A DNA stretch of 64,000 bases from Schizochytrium sp. TIO01 (taxonomy: Eukaryota > Protista > Bigyra: Labyrinthulomycetes), in the NCBI GenBank assembly GCA_004764695.1, contig SMSO01000025.1, positions 1,736,001-1,800,000 of the forward strand, in the 5' to 3' direction. Under the pieces are notes generated by a model. The model did not search any database. It saw only the letters and a list, made by a program, of their open reading frames with translations, and was not told the origin of the DNA. The translations under genes and the position numbers were made by a program. The first letter of the stretch is position 1. Each line of letters opens with the position of its first letter. Below are positions 1 through 11,140 of this stretch, piece after piece.

Positions 1-2499
1 ATTGTAGACACTGGATCAAGCACAATCGCAGTGCCCTGTAAAGACTGCTCTTGTGGTGATCACCGGCACTTTGATCCGAGTTCGTCGGATGGCTCGGAGA
101 TCCTCACATCCAAGTATTCCCAGTGCTATAGCGAGGGGTCATGCAATAGTGGTAACAACGTAAGGGCACCTATGTGTCTAGGCAAATCATGTGACATTGA
201 ATCAGAGGGAATCAAACATGTTTTTGGATGCTGTTCAACCTATGCAAATCCTTTCAAAAGACAATTTGCGGACGGTATTATTGGAATGATGGGTGGCAAC
301 GATGGAACTTTGATTGCAGCACTTCGTCAAACACATAGGCTTGAGACGGATCTCTTTTCCATGTGCCTTGCCAGTCGCACGGGTGTACTTGGAGTGGGTG
401 GATTTGACGAAACTCGTCACCTTGAGCCCATTCAATGGACCCCACTCACCATCAATCAGTTTTACCGTGTCACAATAGAAAACGTCATGATGAATGGGCA
501 ACCTGTGCAGTTCAGTCAACCACTGAGCAGACCAATTGTCGACAGTGGTACTACCTTCACCTATGTGGAACCTCATGTAGCTGATGCTCTAAAGAAAGCA
601 TTTCAGGAGTTTTGCAACCAAGAAGGCAATTGCCCTGGAACGGCAAACCCTGCAACTGCGCATTCTGAAGATATTCGGGACTCAATCATGTGCTATGCTC
701 CGCCATCTGACGTGGACTATTCTCAAGACTTGGATCCGTGGCTGGAGAAGTTTCCTTCACTTGAGCTTGAATTCGAAGCTTACGAAGGTGTTAAAGCACG
801 CATTTGCATCCCCCCTGGTGCTTATTTTTTTCGCTCAAACCAAGCCTATTGTGTTGGCATTTTGCGAGACTCTCGTAGTTCTTTTGTTCTTGGTGCCCTT
901 ACCATGGGTGGCTTTGACTATGTTTTTGACCACGGAAACAACCGCTTGGGTATCGCACGATCCATATGTGATAAAACACGTGACAATGAACCTGGTACTC
1001 GCACATCGACAGCTGAATGCTGTGGTTCGTGTGCAGTAGCACAGAAGAACGGCTTTCGTGCTGGAGCTTCCAAGACGTCGAGCCCTACACTATTTCCCTC
1101 ATCATCCCCGACCAAGGCAACTCCTGCGCCAACCGTTGTATCCGTGACCCCAAAGAAAAGTAAAACAGATGATGGCATGTTCTTCATCTCATCTGACGAA
1201 GCGCGGTTTGGCAATAAAACAGTTCTTATTCCAGTCTCTGATTCTGAGTGGAGTGTCAGCGACTACACTTTCTCCCCTGATGAGGTTCTTTTGATCAAAC
1301 ACTCTGCAAACATTTGTGAGCAAGATTCAGATGATGACGATGGTTGGGTTTTTGCACGCGAATCCTTGATTGTAATTGAGGGCCATGACACAAGCGTCAC
1401 TGTAGGTGCTAGTTGTGCACTTCCGAACGTACGCGTAGCTAGTGGGGCTACTTTGAAGACTAAACCTGGTCCCGCCGGTTCTATTGACAAGGATGAAATT
1501 GATGAGACTCCAAGCTTTCACATTCGCATCGATGGTGTTCTCGATATGCAAGAAGGCCACATGATTATTAGTTCAGCTTCAACGCTCTACTTTTCATCTT
1601 CGTCTGCTGGAATCCAGACTCTACCTACCTCTCGAATCACAATGGAAACCCAGTCTGGCATGCAATGCATCAACCTTTCTCACGATCGTCGCGTTTCAAT
1701 TTCTCATGGCATGTTTGAAGTAAATGCTGGCTCAATTGTTGGGTGCTACACATCGATCGGTGACACTGCCATGATGGTAGTAGGTCCTGACCCAGAGATG
1801 GTTATTGACACTCCCGCAGTGTTCCTGGGCAAGCTTGAAATTGCAGGTACAATTGAATTTTTGGTACGCCGCCAGCCTTTTCGTGCCTTCTCACTTTTGG
1901 TGAAGAATACAATTTCTTATGCTCTTATGCACTTCAAGCCAAAGCTGCGAATTACTGAAGCTGATGAAGGTGATTCTCCCAACATGCTGTTTCGAGATGT
2001 CCCGGAAAAGGCTCGCCTTTATGCAGTGAAGGAAAATATGATCGAAGATCGCCCCTTTGCTGTTGAGTACTCCGACGTTTTTAGTTGCGCGAAGGTGCAG
2101 GTCGATGAAGGATTTTCCCAGCTTACCTTTCCAACAGAGGACTGCTTGAATCGTTGCTTAAACGATGATGAAGCGAAGTGCTCAGTTAAGGAGCAAGAGT
2201 ACTACCCTTGGCCTCCCGAATCCCAGTCTGGCAGCACAGTTAATGAGGATGTTGATCGTGACGATGACGAGGATGAAAAATCAGAGCCGTGGTTTGACTT
2301 GTCTTCTTACAAAGAATATGTTGGCGAATCTGTACAAGACCCTGAAGTACAGAAAAGTGCAACAGGTGGTGCGTTTCTTGGTATTTTTATGGCAATTGCC
2401 GTTTTCATGTGCATCTACCCACCTCGCCCCCTAGCGGCATGCTGTTGCTGCTGCCGACGTCGTCAAAGTGGTCCTCGCCACACTTTTGATAGTATTTAG
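1..2499 (+). CDS. Pepsin-family (A1) aspartic protease, plasmepsin V/ASP5-like, membrane anchored; 5' partial
   Basis: Frame is open from base 1: IVDTGSSTIAVPCKDCSCGDH (first catalytic DTG plus Cys-rich nepenthesin-like insert). Second site IVDSGTTFTY, then FVLGA...FDHGNNRLGIARSIC. Followed by a S/T/P linker, a ~350 aa extra domain, an acidic stretch, a TM helix (GAFLGIFMAIAVFMCIY) and CCCCC. Confidence 0.9.
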   Translation: MVDTGSSTIAVPCKDCSCGDHRHFDPSSSDGSEILTSKYSQCYSEGSCNSGNNVRAPMCLGKSCDIESEGIKHVFGCCSTYANPFKRQFADGIIGMMGGNDGTLIAALRQTHRLETDLFSMCLASRTGVLGVGGFDETRHLEPIQWTPLTINQFYRVTIENVMMNGQPVQFSQPLSRPIVDSGTTFTYVEPHVADALKKAFQEFCNQEGNCPGTANPATAHSEDIRDSIMCYAPPSDVDYSQDLDPWLEKFPSLELEFEAYEGVKARICIPPGAYFFRSNQAYCVGILRDSRSSFVLGALTMGGFDYVFDHGNNRLGIARSICDKTRDNEPGTRTSTAECCGSCAVAQKNGFRAGASKTSSPTLFPSSSPTKATPAPTVVSVTPKKSKTDDGMFFISSDEARFGNKTVLIPVSDSEWSVSDYTFSPDEVLLIKHSANICEQDSDDDDGWVFARESLIVIEGHDTSVTVGASCALPNVRVASGATLKTKPGPAGSIDKDEIDETPSFHIRIDGVLDMQEGHMIISSASTLYFSSSSAGIQTLPTSRITMETQSGMQCINLSHDRRVSISHGMFEVNAGSIVGCYTSIGDTAMMVVGPDPEMVIDTPAVFLGKLEIAGTIEFLVRRQPFRAFSLLVKNTISYALMHFKPKLRITEADEGDSPNMLFRDVPEKARLYAVKENMIEDRPFAVEYSDVFSCAKVQVDEGFSQLTFPTEDCLNRCLNDDEAKCSVKEQEYYPWPPESQSGSTVNEDVDRDDDEDEKSEPWFDLSSYKEYVGESVQDPEVQKSATGGAFLGIFMAIAVFMCIYPPRPLAACCCCCRRRQSGPRHTFDSI

Positions 2500-3185
2500 A
2501 GCTACTCCGCCAACGCAATCATATACTTAACCAAAGGCTTCATGCATGTATCAATGATTGAAATGGATCCATTCGCTTTAAGCTCCGCGGCCATCGCTCG
2601 GAGGATCGCATAAACGCTTAGTCTTTTTTTAGTGGTACATATGAGTAGTACGTCATACAGGCTCTATTTCAGAATTTCTTCGTAAAACTTTAATATATTC
2701 GACAAGGAAAATCAATTCAAGTGAATAGCTAGTAAATTTCGAGCACTTTAATTCTTTAAAAGAGAAGAACAAATTATTATCATCCGAAGACTCATACGGC
2801 GGTCGTTTAGCTGTACTCTCAAGCAACAAATCAACTCATCGTTGATCATAGAGGATTGAAACAACCTAACCACTCCCACCGCGGCACAACAATGTTAGCT
2901 CGATATGAGGTGCCTGGGTAGTCTCATTAAGATTAAGCGCAGGATAACTCAGGAACAACAAACAACAAAGGAAATGGCGCTGACTCCCGTCTTAATTCCC
3001 AAAACACCGAGATGAAATCAACAGAATGCTTGCTTGCATATAACAATACTTGATGTACTTTTTCTGCTTCTCTTAAACTTTCAGCCAGGAAACTAAGGTA
3101 CAAAGCATAGTCAAACACAAGGATTATGGTGCATTACTCTGGGAAACCGACAGCAAATAATCAAACCAACAAACAAATCAACAGG

Positions 3186-3554
3186 TTAATCCGACTTGAA
3201 GATAAAGTTGTGAACCTGAGATGCCTTCTCTACAACGTAGTCGTGAAGTTCGTCGAATTTGGCGTACTTGCTCTCAAGCCACATGCCAAATACAGTGGAA
3301 AAGCCTGCAACAAGCGGGATTATGACAAATACGAGTAGACGCACGAGCGTGATGAGCATGGAGGGCAAGAAACGCTGCCAAAAGCCCACGAGCAGCTGAG
3401 AGATGAGCATAATGACCAAAATGACTCCTGCTCCCAACAGAAGAGCCTCACGCAGCGTCATCTTGGACACATAGTCATAGGTCGAGTGCGCAGCCTTGGA
3501 GATGGCTTCACCCGTGGCCTTTAGGGCCGTCTTAGCGCTGTCCGTGGCACTCAT
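3186..3554 (-). CDS. Small predicted membrane protein, unknown function
   Basis: 122 aa ATG-to-stop ORF with coding-like composition, an amphipathic N-terminus and two hydrophobic segments. Confidence 0.6.
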   Translation of the reverse strand: MSATDSAKTALKATGEAISKAAHSTYDYVSKMTLREALLLGAGVILVIMLISQLLVGFWQRFLPSMLITLVRLLVFVIIPLVAGFSTVFGMWLESKYAKFDELHDYVVEKASQVHNFIFKSD

Positions 3555-6500
3555 CCTTAGCTCTCAAGGTTCTCTTCGATGCTACTCAGCTCGGTGCAAC
3601 ACGTTGTTCTTGTGCCAAGTTTGAGGTTTAGCCAGCGTTTCTGGTCTGTTGCATTCGCAGCATCATTGGTCGATTCTTTTGAACAGAGACTAAAAATTAC
3701 ACAGCTCCTTCTCCCTCAACTAACCAATCTAATCAGGCAAAAGCAGAGGAATCATTTCCCACGCGTGCACACTGGCAGTCTCTGTTTATTTATTATTTAT
3801 TGTTTAGCACAGGGTGCTTATTAGTCACTGTGTGCTCTTAGGTAGATGAGCAACACTTTCCTTTTTCTTCACTTTTCCATCTATATTCTAATCCCATTTC
3901 TTTAAAAAATAAATAAAATAGAAAAAGGTGTTTCAATTAAAAGAATAGTAGGTACTGGTACTTAGGCCTTATTAGACTTGTTTATTACTTTTTTAAAATT
4001 AAAAATTAAAGAACAGATATGACGTTTTAAAATTAGGAATGCCAGACTTGACCGATCCGACGTATAAAGGTTTGGAGCAAACAAGGCTGACGACGATGAC
4101 CACGGTGAATCTGAGCTCTGCAACTTGCACTTGTAGCACGTTGTATACTCTGTATGTAGCATTCTGTTCTAGCGTTCAAATAAGGGCACGGAGGTTGCAG
4201 CTGGAGCGATTGATTCTTGATTATTTAACTATTTCTTACATTTGTTTTTTTTTCACTTGTTCTATAGTAAAGAAAAGCTTTGAACGCAGCACGTGCAGAA
4301 GAAACGAATCGCACAGTAGGTAAGTCGATCAATGAAACTCCAATCAAAACAGCGTTGGCCACTGCTACTAAAGGATGCCTTTTTCGCCTGGCCTATCATC
4401 CGCGATCTAACCCTGCCCGTTTCCCAAGAGGCGAAAAGAGTTGCCAGCGTCCGATTCGATTAAAAGAATCCTGTCTGAACGTCATGTGCTGCTCTGGACT
4501 TTTATAAAATACTAAATGTTAGCTAACTTTCAGATGTTTGATAGAGCTGAGCCTGATATGAATTGGAGTCCAGAGCGAGCGAGCTTCCCGGACTCAGGGA
4601 CCACAATAAATTAAAGCTCGCTCTTGTGGTCGCAACGACGCCAGCATTGCAAGCGACACAGACTATACCAGGAGCTGCGTAGTAAGCCCCAAGAGTTCGT
4701 CTGATGAGTTTGGCTTTTCCTTAGCTTTTATAGAACCTGGAACGCACATGATAATCACAAAAGAGAGTCATATAGAGATGAAGTCTGCTGCGTAAGGTGG
4801 AACTGGCTAATTGATTTAGCAATACCTCCAAATCCAGTAAAAGAACTAGCTAGAGTTAGTCGCTCAAGAGTTCGGACAGCATTTTATCACGAGATCAGTG
4901 CTGCTCAACAGCTCTAACTAGTCTTTCTTTTCTTTCTGTTTAGTCGTGATGCGAGAAACTGAGATAAGAATAAAACACTCATATTCGATGGATTTGCGAA
5001 ACCCCACCCTCCCCAAACAAAAAAAATACTTGAGCACCACATAATTGTCATGGCTACATCGAATAAATTGTATGCTCTTTCCTTCTAGAGTGCAGTCAAT
5101 CTCGGATAGTGTCCACAGAGAAAGATTGTTACTCAAAGTAGGAACAAAGCGCAGTAAGCAAATGAGCGGTGGTCACTTGGTGTGCGAACATCTACATCCC
5201 ACCTCATAATACCCTTAGATTCTCGCACACGCAAGTTGCTTGCATTGAGGTTTGCCACGAGTTAAGATAGTTTCAAAAGCTTATCATTACAATTGAGTTG
5301 GTGTCCTGAAGCATAGCCTGAGACCACATCGTGCACCTTTGAGCATCTACAATCAGATAAATTAGAATGCGGAAGAAAGAATCAGCCAATATTAAATAGC
5401 AAAGTGTGTGCTTTAAACGTTGCAGACCTTCGAAGTGAATAGTACCTAGGGAAACTGAGAGAGTTACCTTTTAATATTTAATAGTTTAATAAGTTCGCAC
5501 AAAGGCGGCTCAGAAATGATGGGCCATAAGAGCAAACTTTTAAAAGCAGAAAGTTCTACGTATACACTTTATAAGCATCAAACATAATACGTTATGCTTC
5601 ATAGCAAGAGGCATCACCAGATTGAACAATACACATGTAGAGCCGTCTGAATTACCGACCAGAAAAACGTACTTGCCAGTACAATTATAGACCACATCAA
5701 TAGACTTGAATCGAATGAGAAATTTCGAATGGCTAAAGAGAGATGGATCTTGGTACCTTCCTACCAGCTTTTCATGAGCGTACCTTCCCAAGCTTCACAA
5801 ACAGATAAAACCTTAATGATAATGAGACGTACATGTGAAGATTTATCCTCAGTTGACGTTAGTTGATGCATACATGAGCTCAAGTAACCATCACCTCAGA
5901 GAGATAGCCCATAGAAATGCGGAATTGCATTTAAACGAGCACACATATTACATAACTTTGGGTCTTCAAATGATATCATTGTATGCCTACATATAATGAC
6001 TAATATATAGTATGCTGCAGATACATTACCTTTGCTTTAATCCTTCAACATTTTACAGCTAAATTGCACTGCTCAACAAAAGTGTCGTTCGCCTATATAT
6101 TTCAGTCCCTTCTCATGGAAAAAATCGTCCAGACATAAGGTGGTAGCGATCAGTCATCTTTCGCAAAATATGGTTTGATCTGGATGGTTTGGTTGATACC
6201 CAATCTAAGCAGACCTGTCATACATATACTGAGGTGATGCAACCAACATTGGAGCAAAATAATCGTTATGTTGAAAAAGCGTTGCGATAATTCAGCCTCG
6301 TAAACTAACCTACAACTGTGCTACTGCTGCCCTGGTACTGCATTTATTCCTCGGTATGTCTGATGTTGGCCACGTCAGCGAAGAAATTCCCTTTGGAACC
6401 AACTGCGAACTCTCCTTCACCAACTCACCCATATCAATTTCTATGAACAGGTGTTGAAGAGGGCCCTCATTCTCTGACAATTAAAATGAGTACTTTCCTG

Positions 6501-7276
6501 ATCCCAGGCCGTAGAGCAGCATCCGTGGAACTCCCTTTCGAGGGATTTCTCTGCGATACGGTGATTCACTCTGCAACAGAGTTCTGTACCCTGAACGACC
6601 TTTTCCAAGGCTCTATTCAATGCATCTGTGATAGAGATCCTACTACATACTAACTATAGTATCAACACCTATGGAATTCTCTAGAGACCCTCTGGTCAAT
6701 CGAACTATGCTTTCTGCTTTCCAGACGCCGCGAGAGGTCTCGAAGCGCTCGCGGCCAATCCGAAGTGAAGCCATACTGCCAACACGTTTGGCTCTTCGTG
6801 AGCATAGCGTGCGGGAACTCGTCTAGACTGTCTTTAGCGTGTCCTGCGGTATGCCAATAGACAGGACAGCTCGAGCACCGTCGTGTTTGATCTAGGTACC
6901 TCGTCATCTTCATCTTCATCTCAAGAGAAGAAATAAAACTGAATTCCTTAAATCCAACCCATCAAATTCAAGCTCAAGCTCAAGCTCAAATTGATACTTG
7001 AGTTGGAATCCTCTGATCTAAAACTTTCAAGTTTGAGTTCCTGGAACGTTTACAAATTGTAGCGGAAAAAGGCCTTAATTTTGCGCATACTCCAACTTGG
7101 AGTCCGCACTTCAAGTCCAGCTCGAGGCTGCTGCGACTCGACAAAGGTGGAGCGAAACCCTTTCGTGGCAGCTCTCAGGCTTTGAAAGACTGCACAGGAC
7201 CTTTTGTCTTTCGCTTCGGTTCTCCAAGTAAGTCTTCGAAGAATCGATCTGAGCAAGTCGCCTGCGACTCATCGAC

Positions 7277-9364
7277 ATGAGCGGCTTCGTGGTGGAGGAT
7301 GCACAGCGGCGGCTTGTGGCGCTGCAGACTCTATGCCAGCAAAATGACGCTGCAGCGCGAGCACTAGCAGCTTTAGTGGCTCGGCAAGGGTCTGCGGACC
7401 TTGGCCGTGACGCGAAAAAGCTCGGCGGAGCGGCGGAGCAGTTGGAGCAGCAGGCAAGACGCTGCGAGGATATGGTTGCCAAGCTTCAGGCCGAAGACGT
7501 CGCCTTCCTTGCAGCAGTCAAGGAGGGCGCAGCTGCTACCGGAGCTCAGTCGTTCAAGGCAAAGAAGCTACGGAGTGACTACGACCGCAGACTCAAGGTT
7601 GGCGAGTGTGTGCGAGGTGCGGAGCAGATTATCAAGCGGGCTAGACTTGTGATTGCGGAGCTCAGGAAACAGCAGAGATCCGCAGAAGAAGCAGAATTGG
7701 CTGCCAAAAAGGCTCGCGAAAACTCTACGAAAGCATCCAAAAGTAATCTTGATGCTGGTGGAATTGAAGCTGAAGATGATGGAGAAAAAGCGCGCGCAAG
7801 GAGACGACTGGAGGCCAGAAGGATGCAGCAAATGCTAGATGAAGAGCAGCAGACTCAGGTCCTAGAACACAAAATGATGCAACAGCAATCGTATGCGCTG
7901 AGAGAATATAATGAACAGGCATCGACGCAGAGTGAACAAACTGCATTGAGGGAGGTTGCTAGGAGTGCACGCATGGTTGAAGAAATGGCTACGGAAGTTG
8001 GATCGTTACTTGAGGTGCAGACAGATGACGTCAACCGCCTCGAGGCCAATACGGATGACTCGGTTGCTCGCACCATGGAGGGCGTGCACGAGCTTAGCCG
8101 CGCACGAAAGAAGCAAGCAAGCACAGGAACAATCAAAGCAACGTTTGGCACTGCCACAGTTGGCACGCTTGTAGGTATTGTCGGCGGACCTGTTGGCATG
8201 GTTATTGGTGCTGCAGCAGGTGGTGTGGTTGGTATGGTTGCTGGAAAAGGTGTAGCCGCCGTGAAAAGGCGTTCTATCAATGCAGAGACAAGGCGCATTA
8301 AGGCCTTGCTCTCGGCGCGGAAACAACGCACCGGAGAGTTTACTCTTCAAGTATATGCTTATGAAGTTCAACAATGGTCCTACATGCTGCGCAAGTGGGT
8401 GCAGAGTGAGCGGGTTTGGGCAGATGAATTTGGCGAACCTATTCGCGGTGCTCATCCTGAAAAAGAAACAAGTGCTGCGGAAGCTCGTCTGCAGCTCTTA
8501 GCAGAAGCTCGATCTGATAGCAATAACCTCACCCCTGAGGAGGAGGCAGAAATTGAAGCTGTTCATGAACGTGAGCTTGAGTATGATGTGTCCTGGCACT
8601 GGGCATCCTCCAAATGGGATGTTGTCATGGATAGGCCCAACACAGATCTTGGCGGATGGGATTTTGCGTCCAGAATGACATCGGACACATGGTATGCAGA
8701 AGCTAAACGAAGTTGTGTAGTTCGCCGGCGACTTTGGGTGCGCTATCTTACAGGAAAGCCTGGAACATCGCCTGCCCACCGTGAAGCAGCTGAGAAGCTT
8801 TTGCGTGCTCGACAGCTTCAGGAATCTATGGATGGCAATGCTGCTTTCACAGATTCAGACCGGGAAACACAGAATCTATGGAATGGGATTTATCGGAACT
8901 CTGTAACTACCAATACACTATTGAATGAGTCTTTAAATCGCGCAACCGAGCAAGGAGAGCAGATTAGTCGTGCGGAAAGAAATGCTGCTATTGTTGGCGA
9001 TGCAGCCACTTTTACGGATCGGATCAATCGGGCGTCACGGCTTTCTGGTGCGATGCGCAATTTTGTTACATGGCAGCGTGGTGAGCTGCAGCATGTTGAT
9101 GCAGCAACACGTGAGGAGATGCTACGACGTGAGCGTGCTATGCAAAAGGCGGAGGCTCGGGCAGCACAGCAACGTGCTGCTGCGAGTGCAAACCCTATTA
9201 ATCTAGAAGACGAGGCGGCATCCAACTTTAGTGAGAACTTGTACATTGCCGAACGGATGTCGTCTGAGCTTGATGCGCAAAATAAGCAACTCGATCGTAC
9301 TGTTAACGCTATTGAACGTGGCAACGCATCGGTGCTGAAAATCACACGCAAGCTCAAATCTTAA
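7277..9364 (+). CDS. Multi-SNARE protein: syntaxin(17)-like Qa + Gly-zipper hairpin + DysF domain + SNAP25/29-like Qb and Qc motifs
   Basis: Helical N-terminus; syntaxin-type heptads EVGSLLEVQTDDVNRLEANTDDSVARTMEGVHELSRA; Gly-rich hydrophobic segment GTLVGIVGGPVGMVIGAAAGGVVGMVAG; DysF motifs YEVQQW...WHW...W...DLGGWDFA...VRRRLWVR; then EQGEQISRAE and MSSELDAQNKQLDR. Confidence 0.85.
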   Translation: MSGFVVEDAQRRLVALQTLCQQNDAAARALAALVARQGSADLGRDAKKLGGAAEQLEQQARRCEDMVAKLQAEDVAFLAAVKEGAAATGAQSFKAKKLRSDYDRRLKVGECVRGAEQIIKRARLVIAELRKQQRSAEEAELAAKKARENSTKASKSNLDAGGIEAEDDGEKARARRRLEARRMQQMLDEEQQTQVLEHKMMQQQSYALREYNEQASTQSEQTALREVARSARMVEEMATEVGSLLEVQTDDVNRLEANTDDSVARTMEGVHELSRARKKQASTGTIKATFGTATVGTLVGIVGGPVGMVIGAAAGGVVGMVAGKGVAAVKRRSINAETRRIKALLSARKQRTGEFTLQVYAYEVQQWSYMLRKWVQSERVWADEFGEPIRGAHPEKETSAAEARLQLLAEARSDSNNLTPEEEAEIEAVHERELEYDVSWHWASSKWDVVMDRPNTDLGGWDFASRMTSDTWYAEAKRSCVVRRRLWVRYLTGKPGTSPAHREAAEKLLRARQLQESMDGNAAFTDSDRETQNLWNGIYRNSVTTNTLLNESLNRATEQGEQISRAERNAAIVGDAATFTDRINRASRLSGAMRNFVTWQRGELQHVDAATREEMLRRERAMQKAEARAAQQRAAASANPINLEDEAASNFSENLYIAERMSSELDAQNKQLDRTVNAIERGNASVLKITRKLKS

Positions 9365-9922
9365 TTTTTGTTTTAATTTAGTGGAAAATCAAATTTATAT
9401 ATTTGACAACCAATCCGTGTAGAGCAATTTTCTTTAATTCATGTTGCGAATTCTGTATGCCATTCAAGGCAAATTATTGCAAGATGCAATAAGCACCTAG
9501 CTTCCTCTAATACTGTAAGACCTCTGTATTATCAAAAACCCAAATTCATAGGCTTATTTTATGAGTATTGGATGTAACACCTCTCATGGTTAAACTCTGT
9601 TGAGCAGTTCGATGTAATGATGGGGGACCTTTTTATTGGTACCTGAGTAAAAATATCTTTATGGGAGATTTTGCAAATAGGATCGATTCATCATTTTGTT
9701 TCATATAAGATGACAGGACAACACATGTAAACATAAAAATGTTTGAAAGGAAGAGCATCTAAGTTCTTCCACTTGGATGCTTGGTGTTATTTGATTAGTA
9801 ATTCACAAATATACATGTACGAATTCGCAGTTAATAATGATGTGGCCAATAAACGTGAAGCTTACAATACAAACACGCATACCTACTAAAGCAATTTCCA
9901 ATTTCAAGATATAAAAATTAAT

Positions 9923-11140
9923 CTAGCCACCGATTTTGACCATAGGTCTGTTTACACCTTTAGCAATACTCTCTGGACTATCATGTCCACCAAGCTTAGC
10001 ATGCTTACGACCGAGTACAGCCTCAATTGTTTCAACAAGATCTTCTTGGCCTGCGCCGCTCCGTAATTTATCGCGCAGAGACACTTCATCAGTACCAAAC
10101 AAGCATGCTTTCATTGAACCATCTGCAGTAAGACGGAGGCGGTTGCAGGTCCCGCAAAATTGATCGGTCATTGAGGAAATAAATCCAACGCGTCCAACAA
10201 AACCTGGAACCTGCCACGTTTTGGACACAGTGTTGGCACCATCATGGACCCGCGTGCGTGTGAATTCAGGCCAGCGCTCACGAATCATGTCTACCATCTC
10301 GTAATAGGGAAGAATCGCCTTAGATTTCCACTTATTTTGATCGAAGGGCATAAACTCAATAAACCGAACTTCGAGGTCCAAGTCTCGGGTAAACTCAACA
10401 AAATCCAAAAGTTCATCGTCGTTAACACCTCGTTTCATGACGCAGTTTACCTTAACGCGCTCAAGCCCTGGCAATTCAGTGGCGCGCTTAATACTCGCAA
10501 GAACCTGTTCGAAACCTCGACGTCGCGTAATGAGTTCAAATTTTGCCGGGACAAAGGTATCTAGGCTTACGTTGAGGAGATTTACTCCACTTTCTACAAG
10601 AGGTTCCATCTTACGCTTCAATAGAATTCCATTTGTTGTGATAGCGAGGTCACGAATGCCAAGTTTCGAAGTTTCCCACATAATTCGATGATGCTGGGAC
10701 GGAGGAGAGGCTCTCCTCCAGTGAGCCGAATCTTGTCAACTCCTCTTTCGACGAAGACAGACGCAATGCGCACGATCTCATCATCTGTCAGAAGGTCACT
10801 GTTTGGTGTAAGATCAACACCTTTCTCTGGCATACAATAGGTGCACCTCAAGTTGCAGCGTTCAGTGAGGGAGATGCGCAAATAGTTATGAATACGGCCA
10901 TGTGAGTCCACGAGTGGCACTTTGTCCTCACTTTCGCTTATTGCAGTAGCACTACGCGCCAAGCTGTGCGCCGCTGCACTTGCCGCACCAGGAACTTGCG
11001 CATGACGAAGTTGGCTTTGTTCGTGGCGAGTATGACTTTCCAAGCGAAGTTCTGACCTTCCCCCGTAGTGCCGCGTCTGACTCGGCAGAAACTTAATACG
11101 GCCCGTCTTAGCAATTCCTCGCGTAGTTCTCCACATCATC
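9923..11140 (-). CDS. MOCS1A: GTP 3',8-cyclase (MoaA/MOCS1A/CNX2), radical SAM, with mitochondrial-type presequence; one frameshift near 10665
   Basis: [19 protein letters not shown] (CxxxCxxC), [39 protein letters not shown] and C-terminal IGG. ORFs 10618-11172 and 9923-10681 join as CGKLR-KLGIRDL if one A is restored. Start codon approximate (MMMW). Confidence 0.93.

Noticed and set aside
4660-4720. U3 snoRNA, hammerhead or RNase MRP (GACTATAC, CTGATGAG, reverse GGGGCTTACT)
   Set aside because: Partner motifs (box A/B, GAAA core, CR-I) were not found at suitable spacing.
6480-6620. P-loop NTPase relic on the minus strand (RMLLYGLGSGKY)
   Set aside because: A single short motif followed at once by a stop; no Walker B or other support.
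10660-10670. Programmed frameshifting or MOCS1A/B-type bicistronic trick
   Set aside because: A simple 1-nt homopolymer deficit like others in the window. The gene ends in a normal GG-stop and no MOCS1B follows.
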